Positions 13,157-24,235 of a stretch of DNA of 64,000 nt are shown here, one piece after another. The stretch lies in the NCBI GenBank assembly GCA_010909165.1, contig VJWM01000302.1:1-64000 (forward strand), in the 5' to 3' direction. Source of the stretch: Anthoceros angustus (Eukaryota > Plantae > Anthocerotophyta). Each line of letters opens with the position of its first letter. Position 1 is the stretch's first letter. The translations under genes and the position numbers were made by a program. The notes under the pieces are model-generated. The model ran no database searches. It saw only the letters and a program-made list of their open reading frames with translations, and was not told the origin of the DNA.

Positions 13157-14813
13157 GCAAGCTCTCCAACTTTCAAACCTGGTTTGAGTCCCATCAAATC
13201 TGTCTTTTTCCTTAAATTCTCCTGAGTAGGTAGAACCTATGAAAGTTGTAGTCTGCTGGGCTCATGTAAAACCCATGTTGGCAACAGGGAGAACGGGGAT
13301 AAAAGTGGGGATAATAGGGAGTGGTGGATTTGAGTAGAGCCAGGCAAAAAGTTCAGAGTCTGAGTCACTATCTGAGTCAAACAACGACATATCCTACGGT
13401 AACGCCATTTGAGCTGTGTGTGTGGACTATGCTTCAGCTAACAGTGCTTGCAGGAGATTTGATAGGGACGAGAGCACGGGAAGGAGAGATGAATGTTATC
13501 CTATCCTGTCCGTGATCTTGTCTACTATGCAGATCTCAGGCACAGCGTGTGTTAACTCGAACGAACAATATGTGTGCAGGGACTGTGGGCCAGGGGAAGC
13601 AACGGATAAAAGTTTTATCCTAGCCTACGCTTGCTCTTCCTCTTGGTTCATAGTTCCACCACACATGAAATGGTGAAAAGGTACGTCTGTACTGAACAGA
13701 TACGTAGAAACCCTAAAAACCAGAAAAGTCACGTGAACGCTAACTAACAGGTGCAAGTGACCTTATTTTTCAGGTTGGGAGACACCAAGAGGTGTAGGAT
13801 CTGCGACAGGTCAGATTAGCCAGGCAAACACATGCAGTGCTGGACATCCACCCCAATAGGCACCTTGATCAGGGGCGCCGATTGGATGCTGGAATTGCAG
13901 CTTGCACATTTCCTGGCTATGGAGAGCGTCGCTTCAGATCACCACCTTTGACCTCACAGCATTCCTGCACTTGTGCACTCACGTGTAGGTACAAGTGAGT
14001 CCAAATACAGGGCTGTAGCAGGCTATACCTCTGAGATGGGTGCAGGGCGATGCTGGACAGTCAGGTTGGCCAAGTCATTCGCCACATTCAGCACTTCTCT
14101 TCGAACAGTTTCAATGTCAGAGGAGATTTCCACCAAGAACGGCTGAGTATTTGTGACGAACCTGATCATCAATGATTCAATTACTTCCAGCCAAAGAGAG
14201 AGCCTTTCTGAAGCAAAGGGATCTACTGACAGGAAAGGATTTTCTGCAGCAACCCATTGTGCTCCTCTCGTTGGTGGGGAAATATCCTCCTCTTTCGCGT
14301 CCTCACGCAATGAATTCTGAATTTGTGAATCTTTGTTTAACTGTGCGTGTAGGCGCTGACGGTGGGCAGCAACTCTGGCTTGAAAGCTGTTGGGAGAAGG
14401 CCGCCTTGGGACTCTGCTATAGTAGCTGCTGGGAGAAGCGTCTATTTACAACAAGCCTTTCCCTTCTGTCTACCATTAGTCCAAGAATCTGTGATGAGGT
14501 CATTGTGGCGCCTCTGTACATATACTTCCCTAGAGAGAACCCTTGAAGGAACGTCAGGAGGAGTCCTTTCACGACGTCTCCTGTTCCTTCGAGGCATTTT
14601 TCTTTAAGGCAGATTCATTTAGCAATATGTACCTATCTAAATTCTGACATGTTGAGTGCAGGCAGGTGAGACAGAGCTGTCAGAAGAACACAACATCTAT
14701 CTAAGATGCATGTTCTATGTTGCTGATAACTCTGTTTCGCTTGTCATGCTCAACATTGTCATAGCTACGTGCCATAGCTAGACATTTAGTGCAGCGGAAG
14801 TCGCAAAGCCGTA

Positions 14814-14825
14814 GCTCTGATACCA
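14814..14825 (-). promoter_or_regulatory. Primer-binding site for tRNA-iMet (Copia-2)
   Basis: The reverse complement is TGGTATCAGAGC, directly after the LTR-terminal CA. Confidence 0.95.
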
Positions 14826-14897
14826 TGACACGATGTGCTAGGCATAGACAGCGTATGCAGAACACAAAACAATGAATACTAAGTTCTAACCCTAACA
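14826..14897 (-). repeat. Copia-2 5' LTR, internally deleted (72 bp)
   Basis: TG...CA ends; lacks the ~70-bp central segment present in the 3' LTR. Confidence 0.8.
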
Positions 14898-15557
14898 GAG
14901 CCATCTCTTGAGGGGCCCGCTGAACAAGGGCCCACTAGCAAGGCAAGAGAGGAGGGGGAGGAGGACTTGGTGGTGACCGTTATCGAGCCGCCACGGTGGC
15001 TCAGCAGTTTTGGGAAGGGAAGGGGCCGCCTCGCGGATCATCGATTGGGTGCGCCTGTGATTGTTAGGAGCTAGGGCTTGGGCCGCGGAACCAGGGGAGC
15101 AACCTTGACTAGCAGAGCAGCGTAGATAGGCGGAATAGAGAAATAGTGTTTGAGCTAGGGCCTTGAGCTGGCCACTAGCTAGAATAGGAGTGTAATAAAG
15201 GCGCGACCTTAGGCGCGATATAAAGAGGGCGTGCTCTAGTAAAGCATCTTTCTTTCTTGGGGTGGATCTGCGTTTCCTTGTAGACCCTTGCGTCTTTTGC
15301 TAGCGTGAGTCTGAGTCAACTGGCGAGCACGGCGGCGGAGAGACTAATCAAGGTCCTGGTGACGGACCCTAACGTGTGGTGGTGTGTGCAAGACTGGACG
15401 ATCAGGGACCTGTCGCGCCTTAGCAGCATAGCGGCATGGCACCGGGTTCTCATGCATATGTGTCATCCTACCTTACACATTGCTCATATGCGTTTGTTCA
15501 GGACAATTATGCAAGCTTGATTCCACCCAAGTGAGGGGAAGGGTTCACCCCCAAAAT

Positions 15558-16143
15558 GGCAAAACGCGATCGTTATCCCTTCCAAGCACTCTCGTGGGCA
15601 GCATAGCTTAGAGAGATCTTAGGGCAACCTCGCCGACACCCTCTATCCCTAGCTCACATTCGCCACCCCAACGGGAGCTGTATGGCTGCCCTCTCTACTG
15701 GGCAAACATCAGCAATCCGCCTCGCCCTGCGGATTGCTGCCCCTTAAAACCACCTACACCGGCCAGGCAGCTGTGATCATGAGCGGCGACCGGCGCTGCC
15801 GAACCCCGGTGGCCGTGGCCGTGCCGAGATCAAGCTTGGCGCTTCGTGCTCCATGTGAACCCGTCTCCATGCCTTGGGAATATGCCGTTGCCGCTCCACA
15901 TGACTATACACATCTTTGCTCACATACTATCATGCCATCATGCCTATCACCACACACATGCATCCTTTCTCCTATCTACCCGGCCAAAGCGCCCGGTTGC
16001 CATGGTATCGCGCCTTAGCGACATAAGCGGCATGGCACCGGGTTCTCATGCGTATGTGTCATCCTACCTTACACATTGCTCATATGCGTTTGTTCAGGAC
16101 AATTATGCAAGCTTTATTCCACCCAAGTGAGGGGAAGGGTTCA
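15558..16143 (-). repeat. Complete 3' LTR (Y+X, ~586 bp) of the DNMT-Gypsy
   Basis: Y matches 24236-24680. On the minus strand it begins with TG after a TTTTGGGGG tract (16144-16152, putative PPT). Confidence 0.7.
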
Positions 16144-16278
16144 CCCCCAAAATGGCCCCCCTGCCAAAGTCGCGACCACAATTGATGCTGGTTGTGGCAG
16201 CACTTTGGACACTTCAAATTCCATAGAAGCGCCGGTAAAACCGTCTGAACATCAAATCCATTTGAGGTTCAGGGTTTG

Positions 16279-17055
16279 TCATCTTGCAACCCTCCATGGC
16301 GGAAGGGCCGCCACCCGCCGCTCCTCGGGATCAAAATATTCATCAATCTGTGCCTTGCCTAATCGTTGCCGTTCCCTAGCGCGATGTCGAGCCAATAGCT
16401 CTTCCTCTTCATCACTGTCCAGCTCGGTCTTCACCCTGGGAAGTTGTGTCCCATTTAATCCATTTACATAATATTGCTTTTCAAGGCATTGTGCCCGCAA
16501 GAAATCCCCCACATTGTTATTAAGGAGATACCAACACTCAGACGTTGGTTCGTCCCACTCCAACACTCCCGTCCTCAAACATGCAAACACCCTGTAGAAA
16601 GCCCTAGGATAGCCGATGGCATACCGGCCCGCTCTTTCTCGATGAAAGTGACTAAGCCATACCTTTAAGCTGCGCACGTCGGCTGGCTTCTCTTGCTGCC
16701 GATACATGAGGAAGCCTTCCTTGGGCCAGTGATCGAAAACTTGGTGCATAAACAGATGATGCTCCGGTTTGAAAAACCCATAATAGCTGGTCCACAGTTT
16801 GCTGTTCATGCCCGACTGCGAGTTCAAAAAGGTCCTTGTGATCATAGGAAAATTCTCCACCGGACATGTCTCATGATGCGATTCCACATATAACAAGAAG
16901 GCTTGCAATTCCAGAAAGGTTTCCGGCCGTTCAGGCTTGCCAGGTTGATACTTGCGTACCAACGGGTTGCGCCACTTGTCCTCCCACGGTCGGATGCAGG
17001 TGAGGCCTGTGAGCCATCTGCGGCGAAGCATCATTGACCTCCAAATCCATGTCAA
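16279..17055 (-). CDS. Extra 258-aa ORF of unknown function between integrase-PHD and the 3' repeat
   Basis: Uninterrupted, high-complexity ORF in the same sense as pol, with an acidic/charged C-terminus; no family recognised. Confidence 0.6.
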   Translation of the reverse strand: MTWIWRSMMLRRRWLTGLTCIRPWEDKWRNPLVRKYQPGKPERPETFLELQAFLLYVESHHETCPVENFPMITRTFLNSQSGMNSKLWTSYYGFFKPEHHLFMHQVFDHWPKEGFLMYRQQEKPADVRSLKVWLSHFHRERAGRYAIGYPRAFYRVFACLRTGVLEWDEPTSECWYLLNNNVGDFLRAQCLEKQYYVNGLNGTQLPRVKTELDSDEEEELLARHRARERQRLGKAQIDEYFDPEERRVAALPPWRVAR

Positions 17056-17647
17056 CCCACGATAACCGATGCCCTACACACTTGCAACTGTGTTTGGCCC
17101 TCCAATGCCTCACCGTCAAACTAGGGCAATCCAACTACGCCCCACCTCACGACTTCCGCTGTAAGCTCGACGCGCGTGGTGGCGTCCGTCGTGAATGCCC
17201 ACACGACTCCGATTTCTCAGCAGTGCAATTGGTGCTGTACAACCCTACACCACCTCCTCAAGTGCCCCCTCTTAAGGCACCGTGATCACCACCAATCGGT
17301 TTCAAGTGCACAAGCACACACCCGATGGTCGGAGGACGCCTCTATGGTCTCCTCCGCGTCAGCAAAGATGTATGCCCGTCAGTCCTCTGCTAAGCGAGCA
17401 CCTCGTGTCCGCCGCACCCTCACCTTCACTGCCGTGCGCGCCCTCTGCATTGAGCCGCAAGGCTGGCTGGTTAATGGCCCGCCCATTTGTTACTTCCTCG
17501 TCTCCACTCCTTCGCTCAAACCCGCGCCCGCTATCGTGGCGTGTCGGTGCTGTGTGTAACACACATGGGTTTTTCATGCACCGTTTTGCCCTAGCTAACG
17601 CGCGCCTTCGCGGAGGCCGTTTTTGGCGAGCCATTCCCGGCCATTTC

Positions 17648-19080
17648 TTATTGCTGAACATCACACCGATGACAGTACCACGCGCCATCAGGTATCACTG
17701 TGAGCGGGGGCCGCAAACAAAACGCATGGTACCCTCGGTTACATTTGTCACAAAGCAACATCACTTCTGGATCCGTGATGTGACCACACGATTCGCAAGA
17801 TAAATGAAGCGGAGGCTGCCAGGCCTGTGGTTGAGTCATGGTGTCTAGGTTGGGCAAATGACATGGTGCTAAGTGACGCATGTGCTCCTTGCACCGTCGC
17901 CCGTCCTGGCCTTCCAGCTCAATCACCCCTTGTTCACCCACACTCACCACTCGTAAGATTAAGCGTCCGGTGCTTACATCCAACGTGCTCGACGGTCGGT
18001 GTTGTAAGTACACAAAGTCCCCTTCTTCGAATTTTCTTGCTTTGGGCTTCCATGATCCTCCTCGCGTAAAGGCGTATCGGAGTTGGTCTCGGTGTTGCGC
18101 GACTGCCAAGTTGTCCATAGCCATTGGCATCACCCGCTGAAAAAGCTTCGCTCGCTCTTGCAACTCCACGAGGCAGCCCGGACCATGCCCAATCCACGAG
18201 AATAAGTGTCACACAATGTTTGGCATCGCATTCCGTCCGAACATGATGTAGTCTGGTGAAGTTGCCATGTATTTGCTGCCTGGCGATCACATGCCCCAAT
18301 GCCACGTATGGCGTAATTCATCCCAACACTCGGGTTCGATCTCGGTGCAATACTTGCGGAGAGAGTCCTTGAAAGTTTGCACCAACCGCTCGGCCAACCC
18401 GTCGGCTTGAGGGTGGTCTCGGGAGTCGACGATGATCTATCGACTTGATCCAACGGTGTTTGAAATTCACCTCGAAACTGTTGCCTTGGTTGTCAATACT
18501 TATACGGCTCCCATGCCTAAGCACACCTTGAAATGCCCTTATACTTGGAGCTTCTAATCGGCGAAGGCCAATTCCACCCATTCGAAGTGCTCTATCATCA
18601 ACATGCAATGCTTGTTACCTTGCCTAGTGTGGGTAGTTCGGCATCAAATCGACGGACCACACGAAAAACAATCCACGATGGGCGGTGCAACACCACGTCT
18701 GGGCCAACCTTGCTTTCACAGCATCACGAAGCGCGCATCGCGACACTGCTCCACATCGGCATGCCATGCGGACCAAAAGTATGCGGTTTTCAGCGTGATC
18801 GCTTCACCAAAGTGTCACATCTTGTGCACCTTGGTTACCAATGGTTTCCTTTCTTCCACAGGCGGCACCTCTTTGTTGATCCCTCGATCGACTATGAGCA
18901 CCTTACCATCCTTGTCGCATAGCGAGCAATTCTTCGCACTTTTGGAGAGATACTTCATCCGTCGGGCATATCCGTCTCTCAACAGCGGAATGGCGTGTTC
19001 GAGCTTCCATATGTCTCGAGTCCCCTTGGAGTGGTTCTTTGTTAGTTTACCTTCTATGGCCATCATGGCGGCGAGCACAT
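17648..19080 (-). pseudogene. Gypsy DDE integrase with C-terminal PHD finger
   Basis: Zinc-binding region VPPVEERKPLVTKVH; core HPQADGLAERLVQTFK (frameshifted); C-terminal CESC...MLLCDKCNRGYHAFCLRPPLTVIPDGAWYCHRC is a canonical C4HC3 PHD. Confidence 0.92.
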
Positions 19081-19149
19081 CTTGGCGGTGTCATTCCGTA
19101 GTCTTATCGCGATGGTGTCCGCCGCCACACACGGGTTCTGAGCCCATCT

Positions 19150-20330
19150 GCATTGAGATGCACTTTTCCTGCCCGATGCACTGTCGCATATCATATTCGA
19201 CAAACACAAGGCCCATCGCTTCCCTTCGACTTCATGTCATTAGCGGTGCGAGGTTGATGGTGCGTGACCGGTAGCTTCGACCAAATAGGTACACTCTAAA
19301 GTGCGGGACCGCCCACCCAGCGAGACATTCTCCTTCATAAGGCAGTAGTTGGCCTCTGCGGTGTTGTTCGATCTACTTCATATGCCACGACCCTCTCTCT
19401 TCCTTCCTCATCCTGCGCAGCCCCTATGCCTCACTCCGGTCCAGTATACAAAAGCGAAGGGCCTTTCGAGTTGGGCCTTCTAAGCATTAACTCTCAGCTG
19501 CTCTTTTAGCTCTTGCCATGCTTGCTCCTGCTCCTGCTCCCAGTGCCAATGGACATCTTTTTTGAGCAACTCATACAACGGCTTGCAGGTGCCGCTCATG
19601 TTTCTTATGAACCGGCGATAATAGTTCACTAGCCCCAGGAATGCCCTCAGGGCGGCCACATCCTTGGGTCTAGGCATGAGATTCACTGCCTGCACCTTGG
19701 CCAATTGTGGCAACACTCCTCCTGGTACAATTTTGTGCCCCAAGTAGTCGATCTCTCTAGCAAATTTGCTTCACAGGATGGGCTTCGGCCGGTTGTGTAC
19801 CGTTGTAGCAACATCTCCAAGTGCTCAAGGTGTTCTTCAAACTATCAGAACACGATGTCATCGATGTAGCACTTGACAACGCCTTGCGACTCAAGTCGCT
19901 ACTGTTGAAAATATATGGACGTTCTTTAATCCGAATGGCATGGTCTCCCATTCCATAAGCTCCTTGCCCCAAAATGCCGTCTTACACTGTCTTTCTCCTC
20001 AATCACAATCTGGTTGAATCCGGACCCGAAAGTCAAGTGTGGTGAAGTATTTGGCCTCTGGAGCGTCAAAGATCTCGTCGGGGGTAGGCATGGGATACCG
20101 TTCCGCGTTATCTCATTCGAGCTCGATAATCCCCACATTCTCTGTCCTTCCATTCCCGTGTTCATCCTTTTGGCCGGAAGCATGCTGCGACATATTGCGA
20201 GGTTGACTTCTGATCGGACCGACTCTGCGACTCATGCCGTTTGTCCACGATGTCCCTCCATGGGGCTCAACTTGTCTTCGTGAACACCGGTTCGCCGGTG
20301 GTGGTGATCTTGAACTTGATGATCATATCG
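19150..20330 (-). pseudogene. Gypsy reverse transcriptase and RNase H (frameshifted)
   Basis: SGFNQIVIEEKD, MPFGLKN, CYIDDI, LGHKI, LRAFLGLVNYYRRFI and WHWEQEQEQA. Confidence 0.9.
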
Positions 20331-20559
20331 AATTGGCCCAATGAGCGCATAAAGGTACCTCGGTTTACGAGTAGCATCTCCGAATCTTTTCTTTGCTCGG
20401 TTGCAGCTCTTCACATATTTGCCACTCATCGTCCGGACTTGCGTGGTTCCCTTCCGGTAGCAATGGGGCGTGCTTCTTATGAGCTCGCTCACGGCTTCTC
20501 GCGTGAGGATCCAGATCTATCTTTGTCGTCACATATGAGCAGACGCTCCCTGCTGTCCT

Positions 20560-21530
20560 TTTGACACATGGCCAGTTGTATGGCCAACCCTGTGGTCAGC
20601 AACCATTGCATACAAGTGATATCAAAGGCTTGCCCGATCAATCTGCACCGGAAAGATTCAGACACGCCAGGTGTATAAGTGCCCCCTGCACCATATCCCA
20701 TGGCCCGCTCTCGTTCGGTTACCGTGGGCTCCCCAACTTCATTTCCCTCATTGACTGACCATGCCTCCTCCTCCTTTCCACGAGCATAAGTTGGATGGTC
20801 TTGACAAGCGTGGGCCAGGCCCTTCTTGGCTTTCCAACCACATTCACCGGGTAATGAGGCAGTTTGTCCCTCTTACGCACTTGTTGTGAACATCGCCCAG
20901 GCTCCAGGATGTCATCTACATAACAGTTACTGCGTCAATGGGTGATGCCTCAGGTTGGTCACACTACCCACATTGGTCCAGAAACTTCGTACCCGGTGTG
21001 CATATGAGCCGGTTTGCACAGCATCGACAATGAACTCTTCTCCCAGCCAACCTCTGAGTTGCGCATATTGTCTTCTCACACACGCTTGTCAAAAGCACCA
21101 CACACATTTTCAAGCACGTACCAACAGGACGGGTTGACTGCTTGCACTTCCTGTAGGATCCGAATGACCTCCACAGCCAGTTCCATGCCATTGCCTGAGC
21201 CACGCCCAGCTTGGGAGAAGGTCTTGCACTCCCATCCTGCGATCAACAGGTCTACCTTGCACCCAATGACCCCAAGCTGTCGCTTACCCACCAGTCGGAT
21301 GTCCGCGGGCAGTCTGCTCTGACAGCCTTTAATGGCTTCCCTGCTCAACAAAGTGGGGTTCTCCCTTTGTAGCCGAATGATCCTGGCCCTTAGCCACCGC
21401 GCGCGTCCTTTCATCCAGCTCGACACACGTGTACTTCTTGATCGGAATGCCACTTCTTAGTGCCGCTTCCAACCCGCTGCTGATCCCAGAGCACAGTTCC
21501 ATCAAGTGAATGCCTCGTCCATCCGCTGCC
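20560..21530 (-). pseudogene. C5 DNA cytosine methyltransferase domain (Dnmt3-like) embedded in Gypsy pol
   Basis: Motifs in canonical order: I LMELCSGISSG; II CVELDE; III PADIR; IV VDLLIAGWEC; VI YVLENV; VIII VDAVQTGSYAHRVRSFWTN; IX EPTVTERERAMGY; X RLIGQAFD. Apparent frameshifts near 21390 and 21070. Confidence 0.92.
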
Positions 21531-21849
21531 CATTGAATCACCTTGTTGTTGATTCGCAGCCTAGCCGGGTTCAAGGCCGGCATCTTCGGCAGGCTTTTCT
21601 CCGGACATAAGCGGGTCATCGGGCATTCCGAGGTCTGCCTACGTCGGGTGTCTTCTCGCACCACCGCCCGCACCAACTGTGGAGTTCTTTTGATACACAG
21701 GTGGGCACTTACCTCACGACCCTCCTGTGACTCTTCCCTCATTAATTCCTCGGTCTCTTCCCAAACTTCGGCTCTATGGACGCTTCCCACTGCGTATGCG
21801 ACCACTGCTGATGTACTGCCTGGTTCCTCCCCAGCTCTTTTCATGCTAA

Positions 21850-23855
21850 GCGGAATCCTGGCCATGTGCGAGAAGTCCCCGTCTCTCCACCGAGGTCGGT
21901 AGAATGCCACTGAATGTAGTGGGTCCACCCCCATCGCCGGTCCATGCGTGGCGTCAGCTCCGAGTAGCACATCATAGTTGCTTGCATTGGATACCAGGCA
22001 ATGAACCTCAATGACCGAAGCATCCTTGGTGCCTGGTTTGAGCTCTATGCGGATGGGGTCTCGAGTGATCCCCATCACTTGTTCTTTGGTGCCCGCCGAC
22101 GTAGTGATCGCTCCAGCTCAACTTTGTCCCCATACTGGAGTGCATACTTTCGGGCACCAGCAAACGGATCCGCACCGTGTCTACGGCCACACGTGCAGCG
22201 AACCCATTCACCATGACTTCCCGACCACGGTTGTCCACCTTGGCGACTCCCCCTTTTCCTCTGGCAGCTGGCTTCAGATGTTCACCACACAAGCTAGTGA
22301 GCCCGGACACCACATCGACTCCGGCGGATGCTTTCTTCATCCAATCTTGCATTGCCGACTTGAACGCCTGTGGCTTGACTCCCAGATCGCGCAAGCTAAC
22401 CATGGGCACGTCCAACGCTTTGTCCAACAGCAACTCGTTTGGCGACTTCCTTTCTGGGGGGTTGAAGGCTTCGTGATCTTCCAGTTGCCTGAAGGACGCG
22501 GGCATTTTGAGTTGATTCCTAGCCCCAGCCCCTTTTCTCTTAACACCTTCTCCCATGTCAAGGTGATTTTTCATACCGGTGCTCACCCCCATGGTCATCA
22601 GTGCATACACCTCCTGATCTGAATCGTACTCTTCACAAGTGGCATTCGCAACTCCTGGTGTGCTGGCATTCATGGCTAACTGCTCCTGCAGGTGGTGCAC
22701 CTCACTAAGCAGTGCCTTCCGAGTATAGTTCACTGATGATTTCATCTTATCGCCCTGCCGATCCCCAACTCCTTTGGGCTTGAGTTCTGGGTGACCTTGC
22801 CAACAGGCCGCTTCCGTGTGGCCCATTCTGGCACAAGTCCTGCACGGTTCCTTCTCCTTCGCTCCACCCACTCGGTACTCGCACTCAGATGCTCTGTGCG
22901 CACCTCCGCACCGCAGACACTTCATCATGGCCTTGGCATTCACCGCACTGTTGGCCGTGCGTTCCCTAATGGGGGAGCCTCTCCGGGTTATGCTCCCTTG
23001 TGGCTGTTCCCGTGGAGCAGTCCTCCCATGCGCCTTGTGGGCATTCGCAGCATGCTGATGTCCCTTGACGAGATTGTGCTCTTCCCAATATGCACTAGTC
23101 ACGGCATCCCCTTTCATGACCCTCTCTGCCATTTCATAGGCCTGATCCAGCTCATAATCCGCACCATGCATCATGTGCAGAAAGTTGGCAATCACTCTTC
23201 TCTGTCTTCCGGAGGCGGCTGTAGATTTGGGCGGCCTCCGCGCCTCTTCTGAGTGTCCTTTACCAGCCTTCTTGATCGCCCGACCCAGGTGGCTCATTGG
23301 GCTTGATGGCGAATCTCGACAACTCCTGGATCTTCTCTATGGAGGACACTGGGAACATTTCCGCGAACTTGTTGAACATCTCATCCACCAAAATGTAGTG
23401 GCAGCCGCTTGCGTCACACTGGATGACGTCCCCTCTTCGTCTCCTTTTAGCGTCCTTTTGGCTCTGTCTGCCCGTGCCAAGGACCGTGCATCTTGCAGAA
23501 TCTGATCCTTACAATCGCGGTAGCATGTGAGTGCTTCTCCGGCCAAGAATGTGCTCATTTTCCTCAAGGCCATCTCGGGAGTGAACTTCGATTTGTACTT
23601 GAGGACCATCTCATCAATCGCCCATCTGAATTTCTCTTCGAAGTCAGCCAACGACATACTGCCGTGTCGGCCCGTGAAGACGTCATTCTTACTAGGTGAT
23701 GGCTCATACTCCATCCTGATCTCACCACCGCTTTCTTCAAATGCGATGGAGCGAATGGGACTTCGACTCCACTCAAACCGGCGCTCCTGCGACCCAAAGA
23801 ATGTTGAGCTGCGGGGCTGCGAACTTCCTGCACCGGGGTGCTTTCGTTTGTCCAA
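21850..23855 (-). pseudogene. gag: Gypsy gag (two zinc knuckles) and aspartic protease
   Basis: gag N-terminus FTG...DFEEKF...FLAGEALTCY; knuckles CLRCGGAHRASEC and CRTCARMGHTEAAC; protease VAVDT...YDVLLGAD. Confidence 0.85.
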
Positions 23856-24223
23856 CCTGAGCGTAAGAGTACCATCACCGTGTCAATCTCGCCCCCTGCG
23901 TGACACTATGTACGGCATTGCGTCAAAGTTAGTGTTGGTCCCTTCGCTGGTCCAGTCCGCCAGCCAGGCCAATTTATCTATCACTTCTTCCCACAGCCTT
24001 TGCCACAGGTAAAAAGGTTCTATCTCTGCCAAGACTGCTAACTCAACGATGGAGCGACCAGCATAAAACAGCAAAGAATAATCCACAGTACTCCCTGCAA
24101 AGTCCACCATCTACTTGGCTGGGTTGGCATCCGTGGGCCCCCTTTGGCTACGTCAGTGGTGATGCCGGGCGCTCCGCGGGTCTCACTACGTGGGTGGTCG
24201 TAATGTCAGGCTCCAGAACAAAG

Positions 24224-24235
24224 GGATTGCTGATG
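24224..24235 (-). promoter_or_regulatory. Putative self-priming PBS of the DNMT-Gypsy
   Basis: Minus-strand CATCAGCAATCC directly follows the LTR-terminal CA and is perfectly complementary to LTR sequence at 15707-15718; no TGG tRNA-type PBS is present. Confidence 0.7.

Larger units (their letters stand above)
8023..14897 (-). mobile_element. Copia-2: full-length Ty1/copia element inserted in the B1 LTR
   Basis: LTRs at ~8023-8179 and 14826-14897, PBS 14814-14825, PPT 8180-8189, near-TSD GAGAC/GAGCC, and gag-PR-IN-RT-RH order on the minus strand. Confidence 0.92.

Noticed and set aside
16003-16014. TGGTATCGCGCC after a CA resembles a tRNA-iMet PBS on the + strand
   Set aside because: All ORFs are on the minus strand and a better self-priming site exists at 24224-24235; the match is partial.
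20560-21530. Host or bacterial restriction-modification methyltransferase gene
   Set aside because: It is in frame with the retroviral-type protease, flanked by RT, has no introns or cognate nuclease, and lies in a eukaryotic TE context.
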